A DNA stretch of 48,750 nt, filler included, from an uncultured virus (IMG/VR IMGVR_UViG_2061766007_001580) (lineage: Duplodnaviria; Heunggongvirae; Uroviricota; Caudoviricetes). It is 3 parts of one record of this genome, joined end to end, with 100 filler letters (N's around TTAATTAATTAA, not from the genome) between each part and the next. Parts side by side here need not be neighbours in the genome. Positions count along the whole stretch, not along the records: positions 5,632 to 36,609 come from IMGVR_UViG_2061766007_001580; 2 more parts are not named here. One strand, 5' to 3'. Shown piece by piece: positions 15,639 through 26,464 of the stretch (position 1 is the stretch's first letter; each line of letters opens with the position of its first letter). The notes below the pieces were generated by a model that worked only from the letters and a program-made list of their open reading frames with translations, searched no databases and was not told the DNA's origin. The position numbers and the translations under genes are program-made.

Positions 15639-18110
15639 ATGGCTTTTAAATTACCTGACAACATCAATGTCGTATNNNNNNNNNNATAAACAATAAGAAA
15701 TAATAATATGGCTTTTAAATTACCTGACAACATCAATGTCGTATGGGAACCACTGAAAGGGAGAGTTAAGAACGGCAAGTATAACATGAGTTCGCAGGAA
15801 CTTGTGCTTACTTGCCCTTGTGACACCATTTTTATGTCGAGTTCAAGAGCGAGTGGTAAGACCGAAGTCAGTCTTATAAAGTTTGCACTGCCTATAGGAA
15901 TGGGGTACGGCTCATATTATCGTGGGGTATACATCGATGCTCATTACAAGGATTTAGCTGANNNNNNNNNNGTTACCTATCGGCATGGGCTACGGCTCTT
16001 ATTATCGTGGGGTTTACATCGATGCTCATTACAAGGATTTGGCTGATGTTATCGCCCGTTCAAAGCGTCTTTTCACGATGATTTACGGTAACAAGGCGAG
16101 GTTTTATTCGTCAAAAGGTGATGAAAAATGGGTTTGGGACACAGGCGAGGAACTCTTATTCAGACAAGGCTGTACGGAAGATGATTACGANNNNNNNNNN
16201 AAATAAAGCTAGGTTCTACTCGTCAAAAGGTGACGAAAAATGGGTTTGGGATACAGGCGAGGAACTCTTATTCAGACAAGGCTGTACGGAAGATGATTAT
16301 GACTCTTTCCACGGTCAGGAATATGCAGTTATCCTGTACAACGAATTAACGAAAAACCCTTCGCCTGCGTTCTTTGACAAAATGCGTACCACCAACCGTA
16401 CGTCATTCAATCCATTAGAGCATCCTTACTACATTGACGGTGCGTACTACAAGAAGTATCACATTGAAAAGCGTGTACCGCCTGACTTTACCAATGCCGT
16501 GAAGATGTATCTACCACCGTTAAGACCGAAGATAATCATCACCACTAACCCATCAGGTGCAGGCAAACAGTGGGTAAAAGAGCGNNNNNNNNNNCACAGG
16601 CGAGGAACTCTTATTCAGACAAGGTTGTACGGAAGATGATTACGATTCTTTCCACGGTCAGGAATACGCTGTTATCCTGTACAACGAATTGACGAAAAAC
16701 CCTTCGCCTGCGTTTTTTGACAAAATGCGTACCACCAACCGTACGTCATTCAATCCATTAGAGCATCCTTACTACATTGACGGTGCGTACTACAAGAAGT
16801 ATCACATCGAAAAGCGTGTACCGCCTGACTTTACCAATGCTGTGAAGATGTATCTACCACCTTTAAGACCGAAGATTATCATCACCACTAACCCATCAGG
16901 TGCAGGCAAACAGTGGGTAAAAGAGCGNNNNNNNNNNGCCACCGTTAAGACCGAAGATTATCATCACCACCAACCCGTCAGGTGCAGGCAAACAGTGGGT
17001 AAAAGAGCGTTTTGTTGACCCAGCACCAGCAGGCAAGATTGTGCGTACTGAGCTTGAGGCTTTTAACCCTCGTACACAGCAGAAAGAAAAGATGGTTAAA
17101 ACGCAAGTTCATATATTCTCCTCATACAAGGAAAACACTCACTTATCTCCTGAATATGTATTGGAACTTGAGAACATTCAAGATCCTGAATTGCGTAAGG
17201 CGTGGTTATACNNNNNNNNNNAATGGTTAAAACGCAAGTTCATATATTCTCCTCATACAAGGAAAACACTCATTTATCGCCTGAATATGTACTGGAACTT
17301 GAGAATATTCAAGATCCTGAATTGCGTAAGGCGTGGTTATACGGTGACTGGAACGCAAGTTACGGTGATGGTATGTTCAACGATATATTCCGTAATAAGT
17401 ATCATGTTGTAGGGCAGTTTGATGTTCCTGATACTTGGAATATCTTATGCACGTTCGACTGGGGTTGGTCAAAGCCGTTTGCAACGTTGTGGTTAGCTGT
17501 TTCTGACGGTTCTGACGTTACGACAAAGACAGGCAAAAAGATTCACACTGTACGAGGTGATATATTTGTAATCAACGAGTATTACGGCTGTGTAAAAGGC
17601 AAGGCGAATACAGGTCTTTGTATGCTGGCCAGTGATGTTGCCCGTAATATCCTTGAGTACGAGGTTAATTTGGGGTACAGGAATAAGCTGTTAGCCAGCG
17701 TTGCGGATAGTGCTATATTCAGCAAGGAAGACGGCCACTGTATTGCAGATGAAATGCGTAAACCTGTAAACATCAACGGCAAGATAATCAACGGCAAGAA
17801 CTGGATTGGTGCAAACAAGAAAGCAGGTTCACGTAAGGTTGGTTGGAACTTGATACGACAGCGTTTACAAAATGCCGTACCTGAGACTGACGAAAGCACA
17901 GGTTTTACCATGCCGAGAGAAAAAGCTGGTCTGTTTGTTTGTGATAATTGCAGAGAGTTTTTAAGGACATTCCCTAATCTTGAGAAAGATCCGAAGAAAG
18001 ACTGCGACATTGACACCGATGCAGAAGACCATATAGCGGATGCTTTGAGATACGGCATTTCCTATCTTGATTGGGGTGATGTTAAGACCACAAGCTACGG
18101 TATGGTATAA
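15639..18110 (+). CDS. terL: terminase large subunit (overlapping allele fragments)
   Basis: Walker A SSRASGKT, TTNP coupling motif, nuclease FDWG and DHIADALRY. Confidence 0.95.
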
Positions 18111-18140
18111 TATCGACATGTTTTTCAAAGAGGAACAGAA

Positions 18141-19710
18141 ATGTTAGAAACAGAGAATTACGAGTATATAAAAATGCTTCCCTACTGGCGAAAGTTAGAT
18201 GATTTGTACAGAGGGGAAGACGTGGTTAAGAGAGCAGGCTTAAAGTATCTGCCAGCGTCAGCAGGCATGATAATTGATGATTTAGGCAAGCCAAACTCAA
18301 TCGGAGATAAGGTATACAGGGCTTATGTTGCGAGAGCCGACTACATCAATCATGTAAAGAACGGTGTTGACAGATACGTAGGCTTATGCCATCAGTCAGC
18401 ACCAACCATTCAACTGCCGAAAGAGATGGAGTATCTAAGAGACAAAGCCACAAAAGATGGTCAATCATTAGAGGCTCTGTTACGCATGATCAACACAGAG
18501 CAGGTTAAGCTCGGTCGTTGCGGTCTGTTTGTTGACCTCAACACGGATCAAAGTGGCAGTGAACCGTATCTAGCCTTTTACAATGCGTTTTCCATTATCA
18601 ACTGGAATACAAGCGATAGCCCTTACGGTTATTCTGATTTGAGCATGCTTGTTTTACATGAAATTGAGCATGTATGCACAGACTTTGAGTGGCATGATGA
18701 AGATCGTTACAGAGTGTGTTTACTTGGTGACGGAAGTGCAGTCAACGGCAACGATTATTACATGCAGGGCGTGTTTATAGGCGATACTTTTGACCGTGAA
18801 CAGATGTTTACGCCTAGTTATCTTGGCACTAAATTAAAAGAAATTCCTTTCGTCTTTATAAATGCGTGTGACTGTGTAGCAACCCCTGATTATCCACCTT
18901 TAGATGATTTAGCGAACACAAGTCTCGGTGCTTACAGATTGAGTGCTGACTATAAGCAGGCGTTACATATGCAAGGTCAGGACACGCTTGTAATTAAAGG
19001 TAATTTACTTAATGTATCAAACGCTCCTACAGACAACAGTGAAAATGCTTTAGAGCAGGGTATCAGAACAGGTGCAGGTGCAGTATTAAACGTTGGCAGT
19101 GACGGTGATGCGAAGTTTATCGGTGTGAATGGTGACGGCATCCCTGAAATGAGACAGGCTCTTGAAAACATGTACAACAGNNNNNNNNNNGAATGGTGCT
19201 ACTTTTGAGTCAGGTGAAAGCCTTAAAACCCGTCTGACTGCTCAGACTGCTACACTTAATCAGATTGCTTTAACTGGTGCTTTTGGCTTACAGAAGGCTT
19301 TACGTCTTATTGCCCGTTGGATTGGTGCAGATGAAAGCAAGGTAGTCGTACAACCAAACCTTGAATTTAGTGATTTTCGTATCACAGGTGATGATTTGGT
19401 TAAGGTTACAACCGCTATCAAGCTCGGTTTCCCAATGTCTTTACAGTCTGCTTACGAGTATGCTCAGTCAAAGGGTTATACAAAAGAACCGTTTGATACT
19501 CAGATTGAGATGATTAAGAAAGAAAAGGCCAGCGGTTTACGAGACATGCTTATGCCACCTGAACAGCAGTTTGCCGACAGCAACAGTGGTTTAAATCCAT
19601 TAAACGGCAATAATGCAGGTAAGCAGACCAATGCTAGAAGTGCCGAAAGTATACAAAAGCAGGTAGCCAGCTCTAACAAGGACATAACCAACACTACAAA
19701 GGTATCGTAG
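18141..19710 (+). CDS. portal protein (DUF4055-like), split by gap
   Basis: KYLP, YVARA, GRCGLFVD, IPFVFI, PPLDDLA, SADYKQALH, ESGESLK motifs; position after TerL. Confidence 0.9.
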
Positions 19711-19770
19711 TGAATATTTTTTAATTTTTGTAGTATAATGGCAATTATCTACAAGTAGAGGTGTATTATT

Positions 19771-20762
19771 ATGAACTTTAAAGATCCAAACACAAAGACT
19801 ATTCCAGTTATCATCGATTCTCTTGATAACGTTGACGAGGCTATCCGTGGCATCTATGCTGAAACCACCGATGGCAAGTATCAGATCAGAGCTGATATTG
19901 CTTTCCAGTCTGATTTTGAAAACACTCGTAACGCCCTGCAAAAGGAACGTGAAAACTTTAAGGAAGCCAACAAGAAGCTGAAAGATTTACAGAACCAACT
20001 CGATGCTTATGACGGACTTGACGCTACCGCTGTAAAGGGTATGCGTGTTGAACTTGATAATCTCAAGAACAATGAAAACGATATTAATAAGATCAAGTCA
20101 AGCAAGGCTGAACTTGAAATCAAGTTTAAGGAATTGCAGACACAGGCTAACGAGCTTATCAAGATCAACGAAGTTTATCAGCGTGAAAAGAAAACCAACG
20201 CTCTCCGTGAAAAGGCTAGACAGGCTTTACATCAGAACGGTATGCCTGACTATGCCATTGATGAGGGCTTGATGTATGCAGAACGTATGCTCGAAGTAAC
20301 CGATGATGGTGCTATCAGGGTAAGACAGGACAATAGCTTTAATTCTGTATTCCCCGAAGGTGTTACCGTTGAGACTTGGGCTGGTGTAATGAAGAAGAAT
20401 AAGCCACACTTNNNNNNNNNNGTTCCCCGAAGGCGTTACCGTTGAGACTTGGGCTGGTGTAATGAAGAAGAATAAGCCACACTTNNNNNNNNNNATTCCC
20501 CGAAGGTGTTACCGTTGAGACTTGGGCTGGCGTAATGAAGAAGAATAAGCCACACTTATTTGGCGGTTCTGTTGGCGGTGGTGCAGGCGGTTCAGGCTCA
20601 GAAAGTGCAAGTTTTGAAGACTGGACTAACACTGGCGTAAACGGTGGTATCAACATTACTCGTTTAGCTCAGGCCATCAAGGAAGATCCTAACGCTGTTA
20701 AGATGGTGGCTCAGAAGAAGAAGATTGATTTAAGTAAATTCTCTTATCTGTTCAACAAGTAG
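19771..20762 (+). CDS. capsid scaffolding protein (fragments)
   Basis: ALQKERE coiled coil, KPHLF..GGGAGG tail; between portal and MCP. Confidence 0.85.
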
Positions 20763-20876
20763 CATAAGAAATACATCAGTATAAAAAATGAAAGGCTCGG
20801 TTCTAAAAACTGAGCCTTTTTGTTTTGTGCTATAATGCTNNNNNNNNNNTATAAAAACTACGTCAATATAAAAAAG

Positions 20877-20907
20877 AAAGGCTCGGTTCTAAAAACTGAG
20901 CCTTTTT
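20877..20907 (+). terminator. intrinsic terminator (allele copy 20791-20821)
   Basis: AAAGGCTCGGTT/AACTGAGCCTTT stem plus T tract. Confidence 0.8.
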
Positions 20908-20913
20908 GTTTTG

Positions 20914-20975
20914 TGCTATAATGCTTTTACTCCTTTATTTGTGGTTTTGGGAGAGGTAAAAACTCTCCCTTTTTT
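20914..20975 (+). ncRNA. candidate 47-nt sRNA with 5' anti-SD seed
   Basis: TGCTATAAT at 20914-20922, predicted +1 A20929 ACTCCTTTA, GGGAGAG/CTCTCCC stem plus T6 ending 20975; no ORF. Confidence 0.55.
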
Positions 20976-21024
20976 AAAGGAGTTAATAGCATTTCGGAAC
21001 GAAAATTCATAAAAATATTTTTTG

Positions 21025-21102
21025 TGGTATTATATACTTGTTACGACTAACGTGATGTTTGAGTAGCAATCTTCGAGAGCGTGATGCTAAGAATGATTTT
21101 TT
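21025..21102 (+). promoter_or_regulatory. capsid promoter (TGGTATTAT) and leader with two GTGAT-loop hairpins
   Basis: AAC-GTGAT-GTT at 21049-21059 and AGC-GTGAT-GCT at 21078-21088, each extended by a lower stem. Confidence 0.55.
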
Positions 21103-21152
21103 AACTAACTTATTTTTTGTTTTAATTTTGTTTTTATAGGAGATGGCTACTT

Positions 21153-22658
21153 ATGCCTACAACTCGACTTTCGGATCTTATTATTCCTGAGATCTATGAA
21201 CCTTATCTTGCTGATGAAATTACTCGTAAGCTNNNNNNNNNNCAGTAACTTAATCGTTCACCGTTGTGTAAGAACTCAGGCTTGGGAAGTTGCAGACCTT
21301 GACGAAATGCTNNNNNNNNNNCAACATTATCCAGTCTGGTACTGTTACTCGTGATGCAAAGTTAGACTCACTGCTTAATGGTGGCGGTTCTTCTTTTAAT
21401 CAGCCTTTCTTCGATAACCTTGTTGACGCACAGGAAAGTATCGCTACTGATAACCCTGCTGACGTTATCACCCCTAACAAGAACACTGCAAGCAATCTGA
21501 TTGTTCATCGTTGTGTAAGAACTCAGGCTTGGGAAGTTGCAGACCTTGACGAAATGCTNNNNNNNNNNGCTACAACTCGACTTTCGGATCTTATCATTCC
21601 TGAGATCTATGAACCTTATCTTGCTGATGAAATTACTCGTAAGCTNNNNNNNNNNNNNNNNNNNNNNNNNNNNNNNNNNNNNNNNNNNNNNNNNNNNNNN
21701 NNNNNNNNNNNNNNNNNNNNNNNNNNNNNNNNNNNNNNNNNNNNNNNNNNNNNNNNNNNNNNNNNNNNNNNNNNNNNNNNNNNNNNNNNNNNNNNNNNNN
21801 NNNNNNNNNNNNNNNNNNNNNNNNNNNNNNNNNNCACTGCTAAAGACCCTATGGGCTTTATCGCATCTCGTGTTGCTGACTACCGTCTTGGCCGTTTACA
21901 GGAACAGTTCCTTTCTGTAGTTAAGGGTATCTTCGCTAACAACGCTACTGCAACCGATACCTATCACACTCAGGATGACCAACGTTGGGATGTTTCAGGT
22001 GCTAGTTACTCTGCTGGTGTAACCGATTTCTCTGTTGGTGCGTTAATTGACGCAATCTCCCTCATGGGCGATGCTCAAGACGATCTCGGCATGATCATGG
22101 TTCACCCTCGTGTGTTTGCTAACATGCAAAAGCAGGACATTGTTGACACTCGTATTCCATCAGGTGCTTCTGCTCCAGCTCGTTACTACAACGGCTATCA
22201 GATCATTCTGAACAACAAGATGCCTGTTGACTCTACTGGTAAGATCTTCTCTACCTACATCTTTGGTGCAAATCAGTTTAAGCTCGGCTTTGGTGCTGTT
22301 AAAGACCCAGTTGACGCTGAAAAGCATCAGGCTCAGGGTAACGGTTACGGTGTTACCACCATGTACACTAGATGGTGTAACGCTATCGCACCGAAGGGNN
22401 NNNNNNNNTTTTGGTGCTGTTAAAGACCCAGTTGACGCTGAAAAGCATCAGGCACAGGGTAACGGTTATGGTGTTACCACCATGTACACTAGATGGTGTA
22501 ACGCTATCGCACCGAAGGGATATTCTTTCGTTGGCTCTCCTGCAAGCGTTGGTGGCCCTTCTAACACTGAATTTGCAACCGCTGGCTCTTGGAGACGTGT
22601 TGTTGGCGATGTTCGTTCAGTTAAGATGGTTGAACTCGTAACTCGTGAATCAGCCTAA
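21153..22658 (+). CDS. major capsid protein (shuffled allele fragments and gap)
   Basis: SD AGGAG, MPTTRLSDLIIPEIYEPY start, DPMGFIASRVADY, MGDAQDDL..IMVHP, P.GYSF, GPSNTEFATAGSWRRV; highly expressed codon bias. Confidence 0.92.
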
Positions 22659-22683
22659 TCTCACGATAACGTGAGTTGAGTAT

Positions 22684-22721
22684 AAGGGTGGTGTTGGTGC
22701 GTAACCACATCACCCTTTTTT
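22684..22721 (+). terminator. intrinsic terminator after MCP
   Basis: AAGGGTGG/TCACCCTT stem plus T tract. Confidence 0.7.
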
Positions 22722-22746
22722 ATAAACACAAATAATGAGGTGAACA

Positions 22747-23277
22747 ATGCTTGGTAGTGAAAGAGCGTACTTATGGGTAAAAGAAATCAAAGAAACTGAT
22801 CCTGAGCAATATAACAAGTTAAAAGCAAACATTGATGAAGCTTTTGTGACAATCAAGAGAGCTTTTAGAGATAATGCTTTAACAAAGGGTTGCGTAGAGC
22901 TGTACTTTACTGACGAGAACGAATACGACAAGCGTCAAGACATTTTAACAAAATCTTTAGCTGACATTGACACAAGACTGAGTGAATTACAGGCTCAGCG
23001 AGCAGACATTGTTAAGAGCCTTGAAATGCTTAATGCTATTCTTGGCAAGGAAAAGAAGACTGATATTAACTCTGCAATTAGAGAAGGCATGAGACGTACT
23101 CACGAATTAAGAGGCGAACAGATTGCACGTACAAGACAGGTTCTTGAACAGCAAAAGCAGGCTGTAGCTGAGAAGTACGGTGAGGAAACCGCAAAAGTTT
23201 TTGTTGAACAACAGACAGCAACCACTGTTGTTAAGCGTAAGAAGAAGGTGGTAGCAAACGAAAATGGCTCTGATTAG
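22747..23277 (+). CDS. hypothetical coiled-coil protein
   Basis: 176-aa ORF, SD GAGGTG. Confidence 0.8.
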   Translation: MLGSERAYLWVKEIKETDPEQYNKLKANIDEAFVTIKRAFRDNALTKGCVELYFTDENEYDKRQDILTKSLADIDTRLSELQAQRADIVKSLEMLNAILGKEKKTDINSAIREGMRRTHELRGEQIARTRQVLEQQKQAVAEKYGEETAKVFVEQQTATTVVKRKKKVVANENGSD

Positions 23278-23659
23278 TTTTAATCAACGCTTTTTCTCTC
23301 ATTGGCGTAAGTACAAAGCGAGACTTTATAAAGTTACTGACTGGATTAGATCCCCTTTACCGTCAGGTAGCTCTGTACTTATGCCGTCTCGTTTACGTTT
23401 AAAGTTTTTGGCTGTTGACGATGATAGTTCTTTTACTGTAAGTCAAGCAGGCAACAGCATAACTTACAATGTACAGCAGGGAGATGAATTAGTTGTTGTC
23501 GTTCAAGCAAACGCAATATTACGCACCGATAATGCAGGTCGTGTTGAGGTTGATTTGGGTCAATTCAGATCAGATTGGGCTGTTATTATCGGTGTTGGTC
23601 ATCCTATAACGGATGGTTATGGTCTTTCAAGATATGGTTTAGATCCGTACGGAGAATAA
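23264..23659 (+). CDS. putative virion structural protein
   Basis: 131 aa, beta-rich, ends in GYGLSRYGLDPYGE (YG-repeat tail of the kind seen in virion proteins). Confidence 0.65.
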   Translation: MALISFNQRFFSHWRKYKARLYKVTDWIRSPLPSGSSVLMPSRLRLKFLAVDDDSSFTVSQAGNSITYNVQQGDELVVVVQANAILRTDNAGRVEVDLGQFRSDWAVIIGVGHPITDGYGLSRYGLDPYGE

Positions 23660-23660
23660 A

Positions 23661-25028
23661 ATGGGTACAACATTATCAAATGGGGTTTACCTGCCTGACG
23701 AGGGTGAGCGTAACTGTTATGCTGGCCTCAAGGTAAACTGGGAAATCCTTAATCAAAAGGTAGCTGACATTAGTGCTTTACAGTTGGCTATTGCAGGTGC
23801 ATTACACAGAGAAATTGTTGCAAGTTTACCGACTACTGACATTGATCCTAATACTATTTACATGATTTTAAGTGGCACAAGTGCTACTGAGAACGTTTAT
23901 GACGAGTACATGTACGTCAACAACGCATGGGAATTAATCGGTACAAGTGCGACTGATTTAACAAACTATTACACAAAGGCTGAGGTTGATGGCAAGTTAC
24001 TGTTAAAAGCAAATGCGTCAGATTTAACCTCGCATACAGGTGATACCACCATTCACGTTACTGCTAGTGACAAGGCGAAGTGGACTAATTCAGCTAACAC
24101 TCATGTTTTGAGATTAGCGTTATCTGCACTGACACCATCAACATCAAACAATTCTTTCAGCAATCTTGACGATTCGACTGCTTTAAAGGTAGGCGATAAA
24201 GTCATGGACACCGCAGGGGTTCTGTTTGAAGTTACTGCAATAGACACAGCCAACTCAACATTCACAATCGGAACTGCTTTAATTGATTTAGCTCAGGATA
24301 GTGATGTTATGCACTTATCAGGGAATGAAGAGGCAGACGGACTAAAGACATTTTTAAAATATATAACATCTGATGGTTCTTCTACGGGAGATGAATATTC
24401 TAATAATGCTACAACAAACTTATGGCTTATGGGTAAGCGAGACACGGAAGAAGTAAGTGGGGTATTGTTTGATACTTATCGCCAAAATACTGCACAGGGA
24501 ACAGGAATACATATTTTAGGTATAAGTATCAAAGAAAACAGCGTTAGATATGAAGGATGCCGTTGGGGATGGTACTGGGATAATAATTTAAATGGATATA
24601 CCTTTGATTTTAAACCTACAACGCAAGGTGCTAATCAGGCACTTAAGCACAATTTAGGAACAAGTATTGATAAATGGAACACAATTAACGGCATAAATCC
24701 CGGTGCTTTATCTCTGCCTGATTTAGATAATGGGATTGATATATCTGGATATATAACTGACCTTACAGGAGATTCAGCTAACTCTTACACTCCTTTAGCT
24801 GATGGATATATCTCAGTAAGAGTTAATGGCACGAATTCTTGTGCACTATATGCTTTACAAGGTGATGTAGGTACATCTAGTTATGGAAATATTATAGATG
24901 TTGATTTAGGCGGATTTATTTGCTCATTTTTTATTCCTGTAGTAAAGAATGTAGCTTGTAGAATTATTTGTAGACGTGTTCAGACTGTGGTATTCGCTAA
25001 ATTCTACCCATGTCAGGGAAATGTTTAA
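23661..25028 (+). CDS. fibre / receptor-binding protein
   Basis: LPTTDIDPNTIY...YDEYMYVNNAWELIG..DLTNYYTKAEVD fibre repeat, HTGDTTIHVT, C-terminal YTP.ADGY...FIPV.K...FYP domain; precedes DUF4376-like gene. Confidence 0.75.
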   Translation: MGTTLSNGVYLPDEGERNCYAGLKVNWEILNQKVADISALQLAIAGALHREIVASLPTTDIDPNTIYMILSGTSATENVYDEYMYVNNAWELIGTSATDLTNYYTKAEVDGKLLLKANASDLTSHTGDTTIHVTASDKAKWTNSANTHVLRLALSALTPSTSNNSFSNLDDSTALKVGDKVMDTAGVLFEVTAIDTANSTFTIGTALIDLAQDSDVMHLSGNEEADGLKTFLKYITSDGSSTGDEYSNNATTNLWLMGKRDTEEVSGVLFDTYRQNTAQGTGIHILGISIKENSVRYEGCRWGWYWDNNLNGYTFDFKPTTQGANQALKHNLGTSIDKWNTINGINPGALSLPDLDNGIDISGYITDLTGDSANSYTPLADGYISVRVNGTNSCALYALQGDVGTSSYGNIIDVDLGGFICSFFIPVVKNVACRIICRRVQTVVFAKFYPCQGNV

Positions 25029-25037
25029 GGGGTTTTT

Positions 25038-25082
25038 ATGTCAGAAGAAATTTTAAATGATGAAGTTCAGGAAAAAGTATAA
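25038..25082 (+). pseudogene. relic 5' end of a DUF4376-like gene (MSEEILNDEVQEKV*)
   Basis: Matches the start of 25249 (MSDEILNEEVNDEE); SD AAGGGG. Confidence 0.65.
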
Positions 25083-25124
25083 AGTCGATATTGTCGCTAA
25101 AAGCGTTGCTTTATATTTAATAAT

Positions 25125-25140
25125 TGTGACGCTTTTCACA
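25125..25140. promoter_or_regulatory. CRP-box consensus
   Basis: TGTGA-cgcttt-TCACA in intergenic DNA upstream of TGCTATAAT 25197-25205. Confidence 0.55.
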
Positions 25141-25248
25141 ATATCAACATTAGGTGCTTGATTTTTATTTTCGACTGAAAACAGTCGGTGTTTTTATGCT
25201 ATAATCGCCTTGTAACCTAGTTCACAAGGCTTATTTTAAGGATTTGTT

Positions 25249-25899
25249 ATGAGTGACGAAATTTTAAACGAAGAAGTCAACGACGAAGAAATCGTTGAAG
25301 ATGAAGAAATCCAAGAAGAACAGCCTCTTGATGAGCCTCAATCTGTAGAACAGGTTGAAGGAGTCTACTACTATGACGTTATGTACGATGATGGTCACAT
25401 CGGTCAGTTTACCGAAAGTACAGCTCTCGCTTATGCGATGGGCTGGCAAGATAACATCATCGAACAGGTCAATACAGAGAAAGGCTACAATGGTTGGACT
25501 TATGTGAAAGGTAAAGCACCTGTTAAGGGCTTGGATTTGGTTAAGGCTGAAACGCTGAACGAAATCTCTGCTATTGCTGAAGCCTTTGAACAAATGAAGT
25601 GCGACACAATGTTTGTTACATCATCTCTCGGATTTAGAGTTAATGCCGACAGGCGTTCTTTGCAGAACATTGAAAATATGATTACTCTTGGCGAAAGTCA
25701 ACAGTTCAAGGACTACGATAATACGTTCCATTATCTTTCCGTAGACGAACTAAAAATTATTGCCAACGAAATCATTATCAACGGCTTAAATCTCTATTCA
25801 CAGAAGTTCGCTATGCAACAAGCTGTTACTTCTGCTACCGAGGTTGAGGCTATTGCTAACCTTGATTTGACTTTTAAGATGATGGATTTTACCGAGTAA
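25249..25899 (+). CDS. DUF4376-like fibre-associated protein
   Basis: SSLGFRVNADRRSLQNI, FKDYDN, LYSQKF motifs; acidic N-terminus. Confidence 0.75.
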   Translation: MSDEILNEEVNDEEIVEDEEIQEEQPLDEPQSVEQVEGVYYYDVMYDDGHIGQFTESTALAYAMGWQDNIIEQVNTEKGYNGWTYVKGKAPVKGLDLVKAETLNEISAIAEAFEQMKCDTMFVTSSLGFRVNADRRSLQNIENMITLGESQQFKDYDNTFHYLSVDELKIIANEIIINGLNLYSQKFAMQQAVTSATEVEAIANLDLTFKMMDFTE

Positions 25900-25905
25900 C
25901 GTGTT

Positions 25906-25936
25906 TAGCCCTATCACTTTGTGGTAGGGCTTTTTA
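25906..25936 (+). terminator. intrinsic terminator
   Basis: AGCCCTATCAC/GTGGTAGGGCT stem plus T tract. Confidence 0.75.
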
Positions 25937-25954
25937 TTTAAAGGAGTTTTTAAT

Positions 25955-26360
25955 ATGCACGATAAGTTGTACTTTTTATTAGGCTATCTTGCAAGGCTTG
26001 GTTATGTACGTTTTGTGGACGATGATGATATTGAGTGGTCTATTGCTTACGGAAAGGAATATAACTGTAACACGGAACAAGACATTATTTCTGCGTTAGA
26101 AACCTTNNNNNNNNNNATTCTTGAATACGAACGTGATGGGTTTTCAAATTCAAACAACATCATTGACATTCACTGTAAGGTTGTATCATGTGAAGAACAC
26201 CCTGAAACAGTTGGTCAGACATGCAAAATTCAGACTTGTTANNNNNNNNNNGAATTTTAAGGTTGTTGAAAGCGGTGATTACGGTGATTACGACTATTAT
26301 TTCAAGATTAAGAACGGTAATGATACCTTTAATCTGTTCGTTATCGAACTACAAGTATAA
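25955..26360 (+). CDS. hypothetical protein, interrupted by a misplaced fragment (26117-26241) of the 29573 gene
   Basis: SD AAGGAG; N-part 25955-26106 and probable C-part 26252-26360. Confidence 0.6.
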
Positions 26361-26395
26361 TAAATAGTCGTGATTTTTTATGTTTTAAATTTTTG

Positions 26396-26440
26396 TGCTA
26401 TAATAAAAGCTGTTAGGACATGATGTTCTGACAGTTTTTT
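26396..26440 (+). promoter_or_regulatory. extended -10 promoter followed by an ATGAT-loop hairpin and T6
   Basis: TGCTATAAT at 26396-26404; CTGTTAGGAC-ATGAT-GTTCTGACAG-TTTTTT at 26410-26440. Confidence 0.6.
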
Positions 26441-26464
26441 ATGTTCTTTTTAATGAGGTGATTT

